64,000 bases of DNA from Hyaloraphidium curvatum SAG 235-1 (lineage: Eukaryota; Fungi; Monoblepharomycota). Below are positions 33,849 to 44,905 of this stretch, piece by piece. The notes below the pieces were generated by a model. The model was given only the letters and a program-made list of their open reading frames with translations. It did not search any database and was not told the DNA's origin. The stretch lies in assembly GCA_025558095.1 (NCBI GenBank), contig JAIVFI010000033.1, positions 62,001-126,000 of the forward strand, in the 5' to 3' direction. The first letter of the stretch is position 1, and each line of letters opens with the position of its first letter. A program made the position numbers and the translations under genes.

Positions 33849-35027
33849 GTGGCAAGTCCAGTTATGCATCGGCGTGCGAGAGGAAAGACGCGCACCATGC
33901 CTCTCCTCGTGCAGCCACTAACCCGCGGCGGATGGCAGCGTGCCGAACACCAGCATACGACAGGATGGTGCGATTTGCGAGCAGCGGCGGCTGGGAGTCG
34001 GCAGGCGGCACGGCGGCCCGCCGGGGCCCAGACCCCCGCACGGATCGCCGCCGCCGTGCTCTCCATTTGGGACGCACCCATCGCCGCGGCCGCAGCCCCC
34101 GCCATGGCCGCCGGAGGGGCCGATTCGGGCCCCGTGGCCGCTTCTCTGCCCGCCCTGCCGGGGCCGCTCGCCGCGCTGCGGTGCCCCGAACCCCCGCCGA
34201 CGCCGGTGAGGGAGCTTACACGCGTCCTGATGGGCCTCGCGGCGGACGACGGGCCGGCCGCCGCGGCGCCGCAGCACTCCGCGCACCCACCGCTCGTGCG
34301 CAGCCGGTCCGCCCCGCCGCGGCCGGGGGCGCTGCCGAAGCCGGGCGCGGCGAAAACAAAGACACCGCCCAAGCTGCCCCGCCGCCCGGGGCCCGGCTTC
34401 TCGCTGGGCCCGCTGCCGCAGGCGGCAACCTTCCTGAGGGAATATGCGCCCACCGCCTGCCCTATGCAGACGCTACCGGACACGGACGGGCACACGGACC
34501 CCGCGAACCCCGCTTCCTCCGCTTCGCCGCAGTCGGCCGGCTCGCTGCCCACGCCGGTGGCCGAGCACCCGCCGACACCGCACTGGGACCGGTTCGTCGA
34601 CCTGCAGCACTCGCAGGACCCGCCGGACGCCCCCACCGGCAAGATCGACCCCTCGCCGCCGCCGGCCGCCATCCCCCCCACCCCCTTGTGGGACTCCTTT
34701 ACGAGCAACTCGCCCTTCGTGCCTCCCGTCCGCCGCGTGCGCTTCGACCCCGTCGTCGTGGCCGCGTTCACCTTCTCGCCCTCGGAGTACGACCGCACCG
34801 GCGCCGCCGACGGCTGGGCGCTCCCCGCGCACATGACCGCCGAGGACGAGAGCGAAGAGGACCCGGAGCTGATTTGGGACGGAACGGAGGAGTTCGAGCT
34901 CCAGCTGAAGGACCCAGTGGTCGGGCAAAAGTGGAACAGCCTCCTCAGGGGCCACGGCCTGGGCGGGGGCGACATCTCGTACTGGGATGCGCTCCATATG
35001 GTCGTTGACGGGAACCTCACCTTGTAA
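33849..35027 (+). CDS. Pro-rich disordered protein with PP1-docking motif (Bni4/neurabin-like RVxF...YDR)
   Basis: Open frame containing RRVRFDPVVVAAFTFSPSEYDR at 34731-34796. The true start is uncertain. Confidence 0.55.
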   Translation: MASPVMHRRARGKTRTMPLLVQPLTRGGWQRAEHQHTTGWCDLRAAAAGSRQAARRPAGAQTPARIAAAVLSIWDAPIAAAAAPAMAAGGADSGPVAASLPALPGPLAALRCPEPPPTPVRELTRVLMGLAADDGPAAAAPQHSAHPPLVRSRSAPPRPGALPKPGAAKTKTPPKLPRRPGPGFSLGPLPQAATFLREYAPTACPMQTLPDTDGHTDPANPASSASPQSAGSLPTPVAEHPPTPHWDRFVDLQHSQDPPDAPTGKIDPSPPPAAIPPTPLWDSFTSNSPFVPPVRRVRFDPVVVAAFTFSPSEYDRTGAADGWALPAHMTAEDESEEDPELIWDGTEEFELQLKDPVVGQKWNSLLRGHGLGGGDISYWDALHMVVDGNLTL

Positions 35028-35278
35028 GGGTCACGGTGGAAGCGATGTACATCATGTTCTGTTGAGTGGCGGTAATGGAGAGTGGCAGCTACCCGAGGGT
35101 AAAGGAAACGAGATAATTGACCCCCAGCGTGTGCAACAGAAGCTCCATAGCTGTTGATCCGTGCGGCTGGAGTCAATTCTCGTTGGAGGCGGCGGAGGTG
35201 CGATAATTGAGTGCTTTGGTGTTCGATGGCGATCAGGGCCGATCCTCAAAACCTCCACCCGCCTCCTCCTTCGGCAGG

Positions 35279-35581
35279 ATGTCCTCCCCCGTGCGCGCCC
35301 CGCTTCTGCCCCTCTCGCCCCGCCCCTGACCCCGCGCCTGGACCCGTGCAGTCCTCCTGCGTTCATCGATGGACCGACGAGCCCGCCGTCAAGAAAAAGA
35401 CGGAGTTCAGGATGTGCGGTTGCTTCGGTGGGTTTCTCACTTGGTTGACTCCGTCGGGACGCATTCTGACGGCAGGGAAGTGGGTTACCAGGAGCAGAAA
35501 GTCTCGACGGGGGTGAAGAGGTGCGCCAACTGCGGGATGCGGGTGGACAAGGAGGGCAGGGTGCTGCCGCCCGGGGCGTAA
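35279..35581 (+). CDS. 64-aa Cys/His zinc-ribbon-like microprotein (3 exons)
   Basis: ATG at 35279, with introns 35291-35351 and ~35428-35475 (GT..CTGAC..CAG). Product: MSSP|SSCVHRWTDEPAVKKKTEFRMCGCFG|EVGYQEQKVSTGVKRCANCGMRVDKEGRVLPPGA*. Confidence 0.6.
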
Positions 35582-36169
35582 CGCGACGGAGCCTGTCGGA
35601 GGCTGCTGAATTTGACCAAGGAGGGGAGGAGGTGGCGCCCAGCGCGCGACAGAACGGGCTGGAGGCTCGGGCGAACTGGACTGCGGCATGGAACGCCGGA
35701 GAGGATCCTTGAGGCTCCACTCTGATAATGCCGCGGGCTCGGACGGCAAAGAAGAGCTGGAATGTCCTCCGGCTGGCCTTGTTGGAATCTCGGCATGGCC
35801 AGGACTTTCGTTTGGCTGGCAGGGGGTCTCGCGGTCCTTTACTTGCCCGACGGACCACGGATGTCAAAGTTATGGTAATGCTGTAACATCTTCTGTTTGA
35901 TTTATTCGTGAAATGACGGCTTTCGTGGGCTGTCGCGAGGCCAGGTCGGTGCGCAACCGACGACAACGCAAGGCCGGGGACGCGAGGGCACTTTGTCGAC
36001 CAAGCGCGCGGACGTCGAAGACGCGGCGCGCCCCCCGCGCGTTCACCGATCTCTCCGGAGAGGCTGGCAGAGGAGCGTGTCCAGAGCCGAGCTCAGTGAC
36101 CCGCTTTGCGCCGCGGCGGCGGACGGGCTCCAGACGCCGTCGAGGGACACCGCGGCGACAAACACGGAA

Positions 36170-39100
36170 ATGTCAAAGGACACCGCGCCGCCGCTCGCCG
36201 CGCTCTCTCCGACGCCTCCGCCGCGCACGGACGCCGAAGTATCGCCGGCCTCGCGGGGTTTGCCGGCGGTCCTGTCCGGGCTGCAGTCGACAATCGCTTC
36301 GCTGCCCCGGCCGCCGTCGCTCACCGCGCTCCGAGGCGGAAACAAGCTGCCGCCGGAACGGTTCGGCTTTCCGGACGAGGAGCTGTGAGTGCTCCCCGCT
36401 GCTGGCTCGCAATTGAGTGTAATTGATCTCTGTTCCACCCTCTTCGACCTGCTCTGCCTTCTCGCCGTGCTGCTGCCCACTTTCGGCCCAGGCTTGAGTC
36501 GGCAAAGTGCTACTTCTACCACAGCAACTCCTTCCGCCGCAAATGGGGCAAGATCTACGTGCTCTCTGGCCACGTTGTCTTTCGGACTTCCGCCCTTCAC
36601 GTGCTGACGGAGGAGAAGCTAGTCTGGGACATCCCCGAGGACATCCTCGGCCGGCCGGAGCTGCTCATCGACCGCCCCGGTTTCTCGGTCGTCGTCCGCC
36701 ACGGGGGTGCGGGCAGGAACGCCGTCCTGGCGCAGCTGGATTGGGACGCCGAGGACGCGCCCGGCTCCGCGGAACGCCCGGGACGTTCCCAAACCGCCTC
36801 GTCGGTCACGTCGCAGTCGGCGTCTACCTTGGAGCGGACGCTGACGCAGCGCACAAACACTGGATCAGCCGCGGCATCGCTCCCGGTGTCTACTCTGGAG
36901 CGCGTCGGGGTTGCCACGGCTGGCACGCGAACGAGGACAGCCACGGGATCTTCAGTCGTTTCCGTGCAATCCACCGACGACGGGGTTTCAGATGCGGGGT
37001 CCCGACAGGCCCTGCAATCGTACTCTGCGCGACCGGGGTCGCCGCCGCGACCTGCGCCGCTGATTTCGCCCGGGGAAAGGCGCAAGTACGTGTTCGTCTT
37101 CAACTCCAGCAACGCCCGCGACAGGTGCTACGCGGCGCTGCTTTTTCTCCTGGGTTTCGCTCCAGAGTCGGAAGTTTCTCCGAACTCGCGACCCGCTTCG
37201 CCTTCCGTCGCTGCGGCTGATGTACCGCGGTCGCAAACTCCTCCCCCGGCCGACGATGCCGGCGATCAGGACGAGCGGACCTCGCCGTCGGCCGGCCGGG
37301 CGATCGAACCCGGCAAAATGCGTGCTGGCTCGTGGACCCTCTCGCAGACCATTCCAGCTCTTTCCTCGTCCCTTCAGAAGATGTTTACCGTTTCGAGTTC
37401 GCCCAAAACCGGTGCCTCTCCTCTGAACCCTCCCCCACCGTCGATCGTTCTTGTTCCGACCCCGCAGCGGATCACCATACTCACGGTCGGCAGCCGCGGC
37501 GACGTGCAGCCCTTCATCGCCCTGGGAAAGCGCCTCAAGGCCGAAGGGAACCGTGTCGCCATCGCCTCGCACCCCGAATTCGCAAAGTGGATCACCTCGC
37601 ACGGGCTCAAGTTCCGCGAGGTCAAGGGTGACCCGGGCATGATCATGTCGGTCATGGTGGAGAACGGGCACTCGACGTACGCGTTCGTGAGGGAGGCCAA
37701 TGCCCGACTGAGGCCGTGGCTCACGGATTTGATGATGAGCGGCTTCGAGGCGTGCCAGGGGTCGGATGTGATCCTGGCTGGACCTAGCGCCATCATCGGA
37801 CCTCATGGTAAGTCATATTCCTCTTGGCGCGGTAGCTCGCCCCTTACTCTGCTTATTGTACAGTTGCGGAAGCGCTCGGCATCCCTTTCATGTTCGTCTT
37901 CACCATGCCTTGGACACGAACTCGGTGAGCTTCAATGCGCCGCGTTGAGCGGGTTTGTGATCTCATCTCGTTGTCACCAGCGCCTTTCCGCATCCGTTCA
38001 TGGTGCCGGCGACGGATCTTGGCGGCTTATACAACGAATTCAGCTACTCTGTCGTCGAACGCGCGATTTATGTCGCCCTGCTCCTCACGCTCAACAAATG
38101 GCGCCGAAACGTGCTCGGAATCCCTCCAACCACCCTCGCGGGGCCTGTGGATCCATCCACGGTCCCGACGCTTTACTGCTACTCCCCAAGCGTGCTCCCG
38201 AAGCCGCCCGACTGGTCCGAACACATCCACGTGTGCGGATACTGGTTCTTGAAGAACCCGGACGTTGGGTGGCAGCCGCCGCCCGATCTGGCGGCCTTTT
38301 TGGAGCGCCGCTCGCCCGCGGACAAGGTGATCTACGTCGGCTTTGGTAGCATCGTCGTGCCGGATCCCAAAGGCCTCACCAGGACTGTCGTTGAGGCCGT
38401 TCGGAGGGCCAAGGTCCGCGTCGTGCTGAGCAAAGGCTGGAGCGCGCGCAAGGGCAAAGAGAAGGACGAGGACGCGGAGGAGGAGGAAAAGCTGCCCCCC
38501 GATTCGATCTACCTGGTCTCGTCGATACCTCACGATTGGCTGTTCCCGCAAATGGATGCTGTGGTGCACCACGGCGGCGCCGGCACGTTGGCCGCTGGGC
38601 TGCGGGAAGGGAAGCCGACGGTCGTTTGCCCTTTCTTCGGGGATCAGAACTTTTGGGGACACATTGTCGAAGGTCTCGGTGTTGGCGTCGAAGTCAAGAA
38701 GCTCAACGCTTCCAACCTGGCTTCCGCGCTGCTGGCGGTAACGACCGACGCGGACATGCAGGCCCGTGCTGAGGAGTTGGGCCGCAAGATCCGATCCGAG
38801 GACGGCCTCAGCACGGCTGTTGAAGCCTTCTGGACGGAACTCCCTCGCGCGCGCAAGATCATTGAGGATCTGCGCGACCAGCACGAGTACGCCAACGATT
38901 TCGCGCTCCGGGATCCGACGAGGTCTTTCATGGGCGATGATCCGGAAATGGACAGGGACTGGCCGCCCGACGAGGATGGTTCTGGTCGTCGCCGCAGCTT
39001 CAGGGACTTCATCGACTTTGGGCCCTTCCGACGCGACTCCTCGCCGCCTCCAAAGTCGCGCACGCCGAGCCCAACGCGGACGCAGTCTTCGCTGAGAACT

Positions 39101-39358
39101 GCTGTCGACAGCCCAGTCCTGGAAGGCACATCACGGGCGGGCTCAGGTGGACTGGTCCCCCTAGCTGTGCCTGGGATCACGCCGCTGCGACCGGGCATGC
39201 GCCGCACGTCGCTTTCGGCGCCCTCGCTCAACTTCACGGCAAAGGCGAGCGATCTGGCTGCGTCCCCGGAAGGGCCGCCGCGGTCGAGCACAGACTCGGA
39301 ACCGTCGAGCGGAACACCTGCCGAAGGCTCGAAGCTGGAGGCGTCGCCTGAACGATGA
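36170..39358 (+). CDS. ATG26: Sterol 3-beta-glucosyltransferase (GT1/GT28, Atg26/Ugt51-like) with N-terminal GRAM/PH-like domain
   Basis: ITILTVGSRGDVQPFIALG, IASHPEF, YCYSPSVLPKPPDW, VIYVGFGSI, IPHDWLFP, VVHHGGAGT and PFFGDQNFWG. N-terminal WGKIYVLSGHVVF resembles GRAM. Confidence 0.9.
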
Positions 39359-39437
39359 AAAAGCTCAGATATGATGGTCATCGTAGTCAATGTATCTGAA
39401 GACAATGTGAATCACTGGCAATCGAAAAAGTCTGAAA

Positions 39438-42400
39438 TCAGGTTTTCCTCTTCTTCCGAGGCGTCTCCTGGCTCCGGGGCGAACTGCTCACAGCCCTTCC
39501 CAACGACGCCCTCAGACTCGACAGCGACCTCAAGTATGATGACGCCGGATCGGGGGACGACTCCTCGTGGCCCCTCTTCAGCGGCCTCGGCGTCGAGTCC
39601 GAGTCTTCGTCCATCTCGTCTTCGGAGTCGGAAGACAAGGTGTAAGTGTACGCGAGCCGAATCGGGCGCCCTTGGCTCGCGCCTTGGCTCCCGGCAGGAC
39701 CAGCGATCGGGGCCGCCGTTCCGGCTCGAGCCTGCGAGCCGGTCGAAAGGCCAGGAGCGCGGCCGTAGAGCGAGGCTCCACTGGCGACGCCGCGGCTGGG
39801 GCCTGCTGCAGGCGGGGCGCTTGCTCCTTCACGCCGCTCCTGCTGGGAGCTGTCCGTGTCCGAGGAAACAGAAATGACCTCCACCGGTTGCGCCGGGGCC
39901 GATCGCGAATGCACTCGCGGGGCAGACGCCGGTTTGGCCGCGGAATGGGAAGCGTTGGCAGGCGGATGCGCTTGTGCGTGTCCGTAGCTCGGCTGCGGCA
40001 CCGGTCTGCGGTCAACCAGGGGAACGGTGCTCGTGCGCGACGAACGCTGCAGGCCCGGCGCCTCCCAGCCCGATCCATTCCAGACGGCCACGCTCTGCAC
40101 ATCAGAGGAGTCCGAGCTCGGTCCTCCAGCATGCCTTGCCGGGCTGCCAGGATCCCGAACAGGCGCCGAGGGAGGTGTGGAGCTCGTGTGCTTCCCGAAC
40201 CCAGGCGAGCTGCTGCTGAAGTCCCTCCTGTTGCTCTGCGGCGGCTGCGTCGAGGACTGGGTCGCGGGCAACGGCGGTGCAGCGCCGCGACCTCGCGATC
40301 GGATGGAATGGTAGAATCCGTGCACCTCCCTGCTGGCCCTGACCTTGCTCGCGTCGAAGCCAGTCGGAATGTACAGCGATTCGAGCCGGCGGCACCGAGA
40401 CAAGGCGACGTAGGCCATCCCCTCGCTGAAGCAGTTCTTGATGTCGACCTGCACGGAATCGAGCGACATGCCCTGGCTCTTGTGCACCGAGAAGGCCCAA
40501 GCAAGCCGGAGAGGCAGCTGGATGCGCCAGGCTTTCAGGTGGGCGTGCGAATCGTCAACCCGCCAATGGTATGGTTCCACCAGGCCGCGCTGGCCGTTGT
40601 CCCACTGGACCACCGGAAGCGGACGGCCGCTGGGCCTGGGAGCGGGAGGCGGCGGCGGGGCCGGTTTTCCGTGCGCCGCGCTCCGGGGTGACATTGGAGT
40701 CGGAGGCGCCGCGGCGTCGACCGCGTTCATCTTGTACCAGTTGTCGTACGCCGCTCGCAAGATCTTGTCTTCTTCCGCCGTGCCGAGCTGAATGGCATTG
40801 AGCTTCGTTTGGTGTGCACGCCCCGAGGGAAACTGGAAAGCGACGACGACACCCGTTTGCCCATTGACCAATCCCGAAGCCGTGTCCAGGTTGTGCAGCA
40901 GCATGACTCGCGCACCGACGCGCACACGAAACTCCTCGGCGCACGTGAGGCTGTTCGCCGCCGCGTAGCGAACGTCAGTAATTGACTTGTCAGATGCACG
41001 CGGGACTTACTCCTTGAGCAACTTGAAGTACTCCTCCGACTCTGGCGTCTGCCCGTCCCGCGCGCTGTAGATCACGTCGGGTCCGGGAAGAGCACCGTAG
41101 CGCAGGTTGTTCTCGTTGTCCGCATCCTTGTTCAACGGAAATAGTTTGAAGATCTGCTAATGCGGTGAGCAGGAAAGCAGGCTTCAGCGTCAGCTTCCGA
41201 ACCTTGTCCCCAACGTCCGCGGGCGGCATCATCTGCCTCGCCGACAGCGCCGCCCTCGCCTCGGGCGTGACCGTCCCCTCCCTGATCTTCTCCAGCACCC
41301 TCACGAACGCCTCGTCGGCCTGCCTGAACACCTTGGTGAGCTCCACCGTCCTCGGCCTCAGGTCCCTCCACGCCTTGCCCGCGAAGGCGTACTTCGGGCG
41401 GTACTGCAGGCTCGCCCGCAGACGGTGCGTGCCCTGCCCCTGGGCCAGCTCCTGCATGAACCCGGGCTTCCATTTGCTGATGTCCACGGGGGGCAGCTGG
41501 TAAAAGTCCCCGGCGAGGACCAGCTGGAGGCCTCCGAAGGGCAGGTCGGGGTTGAACGACTGGATCCGCTTCTCGTGCGGTTTCAGGTCGATTCCGGGGG
41601 GCGACTCGCCCTGCTGCATCCTGCTCCGCACCCTGCGGCCCAGCTCGTCGAGGAGATCGAGCAGCTGGTCCGAGAACATCGAGATCTCGTCCAGAATCAG
41701 GACGTCGCATTCGAGCCAGCGTTTGTACGCCTTGGGCCGCATGTTGGTGTTGCAAAGGCGGCCGGACAGGAAGCTGGCGTCCTCGAGGCCCTTGTCGAGG
41801 CCGGCCCAGGAGTGGATTGTCATGCCGCGGATGTTGATCGCTGGAAGCGACAGCCTTCAGCTATGTAACAACTTCCTCGCATACCGAACCCACCTGCTAT
41901 TCCCGTCGTTGCGGTACGGTGCACGACTTTCCGCTGCTGCGGAAGCGCAGGATTGGCGGCCTGCCCGTTCGGAATGGGCGCGATCTGCATTTCCAACTCC
42001 TGGCAAATGCGTTCGATGAGGAACGACTTGCCGGTCCCGCCCGGGCCGGTGAGGAAGATGTTTTCGCCCGCGAGCACAAGGTCCAGCGCAGCCTGCTGTT
42101 CTTCCGAGAGGGGCGGCGGCGGCGGAGCTGGGGCAGGAGGGGCCCGCGTCGGCCCGGCGGAAGAAGGTCCCGCAGACGAGGGTCCGGCAGCTGCGGCGCT
42201 CAGGGCAGCGACGGTTGGGATGGCCACTTGCAACGGCTGGCCGTTGTGCCGGTCGAAGGTTGTGCGACCCGTGCGGGCGCTCTCGAGCGTGGTAGCGGGC
42301 TGGCTGCTGTAAGGTGGCGGCAGGTCCAGCGTGGTCGGAGGACCCACAGGACCGCCGTTGAAAGGCTCGTACGGGGGCGGCGCTTGCGAAGGTATCGGGG

Positions 42401-42698
42401 GCTGGCCGATGGCACGAAGGTACTCGGCAGCGGCCTCGGCCGCCGTCATCTCCTCCTCCTCGTGCGAGACATGACTGAGCAGCACGTCATCGAGCCCGTC
42501 GTCAAACGCCGGCGAGTTGCGAGCAGCCACAGGGGGGCCCGACTGCGCGGCGAGCCATTCGTTCGCTTCGGCAAGCGTCATGAACCCCTTATGCACTGCA
42601 CCGTGGTACCCGGACGTGCTCGCCCGGCACTCCTCCCATGTCGTGAACACGCCCGTGCGGTACCCGCGCGCGACCGCGTAGTACTTCTTTCTCGCCAT
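39438..42698 (-). CDS. PIF1: Pif1-family SF1B DNA helicase with N-terminal RNase H1-type hybrid-binding (Cauli_VI) domain
   Basis: KYYAVARGYRTGVFTTWEEC...GYHGAVHKGF N-terminus. Helicase motifs GPGGTGKS, TATTGIA, TIHSWAG, ILDEISM, PFGGLQLVLAGDFYQLPPV, FRQ, QLPLRLAWAFSVHKSQGMSL and YVALSRC. Three introns. Confidence 0.92.
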
Positions 42699-43051
42699 GG
42701 CGGCGGGACGTCAATGGTGACCCGCGTCCCAGGGCAGACCTTGTTTTCGTGGCCGCCGGTTCGAGATGCGGCCTAGCGTCGGCCGGCAACAGACACCTTC
42801 GCTATCATGCGTGCGGCTCGCCGGCGGATGGCGCCCCGGGGTAGCTGTACCGCGGTTGCACCGAGTTCGCGGCGCTCGCGCTCCGATCACGCGCGGGCCG
42901 CGGGAGTCGGGAGCTCCTGTTCCTCCTCCCGAACTGAGCAGTTCCCGGCACTGAAGTCCGCAGATATCGGTGCTCAGCCTTCAGTCATCGAGCTCGTTAC
43001 GAGCTTGCATCTTGCCGCGCCGGAGTCGCGTCTTGGAGTCACGTCTTTGGA

Positions 43052-43576
43052 ATGTCTCCTAGACGTGCTCGCCCGGCCATAAGGGCTCAAAGGAGCCAGC
43101 GGTCATTCCTCCTGATAGTTCTCGGTCTCGGCGTCATCGCCATCTGCCTTTTGGACGCGATTCCTGGCTGCCTCGGAGTTCCAGTGGCCGGCAAGGACCC
43201 GGCGGGACTTGTCACAATCCACCAACCTCTGGATCCATCGGGAAATCCCGCTGGCATTGGCGAACGGGCTTCCGAACCCGTGGAGGGGATCGACGGCATC
43301 GGGAAGCAGAAGCCGGTCTCTCCCGGGCTTCACGTTCCCGAGCTGACTGTCAACAGCCGCTACCACTGCCCACAGTTCGACCAGTACCTCGTGGGTTATC
43401 TGCTTTTGCTCTTTTTGTCGTGCTCCAGGCTAACCGGCCGTTTCTTTCGGCACTTGATCGTTCAGTGCGACTATCCGCGGTGCGTCTTCCTCTGCAACGA
43501 CCCCAAGTACTCGTGCACCGTGCAGGACTGCCATGACGACTGCGCACGCTACTTCGATCGCTACTGCGGCGATTGA
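43052..43576 (+). CDS. Small secreted Cys-rich protein (signal/anchor + pro-region + 8-Cys domain)
   Basis: Hydrophobic FLLIVLGLGVIAICLL. Removing the 75-nt intron 43391-43465 (GTGGGT..GCTAAC..TTCAG) gives HCPQFDQYLCDYPRCVFLCNDPKYSCTVQDCHDDCARYFDRYCGD*. Confidence 0.6.
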   Translation: MSPRRARPAIRAQRSQRSFLLIVLGLGVIAICLLDAIPGCLGVPVAGKDPAGLVTIHQPLDPSGNPAGIGERASEPVEGIDGIGKQKPVSPGLHVPELTVNSRYHCPQFDQYLVGYLLLLFLSCSRLTGRFFRHLIVQCDYPRCVFLCNDPKYSCTVQDCHDDCARYFDRYCGD

Positions 43577-43869
43577 TATCCTCGTTTCGAGTCACGAACT
43601 GCGTTACTGGAACTGTTACGTTTCGTGTGTCGTTGTACCTGCCTTCTGTGTAAGCAGCTCGGTCCAGGAATGTACATATCGTCTCTATTGTTCATCGACA
43701 TTCGATTTTAGGTGCTTTCGGATGGTCCTTTCGTTCCCGAGTTGCCGTCCAGATTGATCGACTTCTCGGCGCAAGCTTGATTGGCCAGCCCAGCCCCGTC
43801 AACCACCTCAGCTCGCCGGCCTGCACCCCCGTGCGGGCCGCAGGCAAGCTGGGGAACGATCAGTCCGCG

Positions 43870-44785
43870 ATGAGCGGGCTCGACAGTGGGTCTTCCGGGC
43901 CCGGAACGCGCGCGGACCGCTGAACGCAGACCTTCCGCGGTGCTGGAACGAACGGACTCCCTGGCCCCTCTACATTCGCCCATTCGCCGGAATCTGGCTT
44001 CTTTTCCGGACGTTTGCTCTTTCTGGAACACATTCATCGACTCCGCCGTTTCGTTTTCGCCGCAACTTGCTCCGCGACCCCGGACAACGCGATCCGCTCG
44101 TTCCGGCACCTCTCCCTTCTCCGACCCAGACCACCTCTTCAACCTCAAGTTCACCGCCAAACAGCTCGCCCGGCAGTCCAAAAAAGCCAACAAGGACGAG
44201 GCCGCGGAGAAGCTGAAGCTCAAGAAAGCCATACAGAGCGGCAACATCGAGGGCGCGCGGATCTACGCCGCCAACGCGATCCGGAAGAAAAACGAGGCTC
44301 TGAACCTGCTGCGGCTGAGCTCGAGGATAGATGGCGTCGCGGCGAGGGTGCAGACGGCGTCGACGATGAGGAAGGTGTCGGTCAGCATGGCGGGCGTCGT
44401 CAAGCAGATGGATAAGGCGATGCAGAGTATGAACCTGGAGCAGGTGGGCTTTTCGCCGGCATTTTTGGCACTTTTTGAACGAGCCTCACGACGGTTCGTC
44501 GTCGTTCGACAGATCTCGAACGTCATGGACCAGTTCGAGAAGCAGTTCGAGGACCTGGACGTCCAGACGTCCTACATGGAATCGACCATGTCCCAAACAA
44601 CGGCGCAGGCGACGCCGCAGGATGAGGTGGACGAGCTCATGCAGAAGGTGGCGGACGAACACGGGCTGGAGCTCAAAATGGACCTGCCGGGGGTGGCTGT
44701 CGAGGCGGCCAAGGAGAAGGAGGCAACGCGGGAAGAAGACGAGCTGGGAGCCAGGTTGGCGAAGCTGAGGAACGCTTCGTCGTAA
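43870..44785 (+). CDS. DID2: ESCRT-III subunit Did2/Vps46/CHMP1
   Basis: MSGLD|NHLFNLKFTAKQLARQSKKA, GNIEGARIYAANAIRKKNEALNLLRLSSRIDGVA, FEKQFEDLDVQT and C-terminal MIM1 ELGARLAKLR. Confidence 0.95.
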
Positions 44786-44905
44786 CGCCGTGGTCTGGGT
44801 GGAATCGGTCGGGATGTTCTGTCTGGAGAGCCTGGTGGAGACTGAACAGCGCGTGGCTGGCAGGGGCGTGTAATGTTTTGCTCGAACATGTTCTCTTTCA
44901 AAGCA

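Noticed and set aside
39438-42698. Pif1 as a Helitron or other transposon helicase
   Set aside because: There is no HUH/Rep domain and no visible TC...CTRR termini or hairpin. The gene has introns and a cellular Pif1 signature, and it sits among housekeeping genes.
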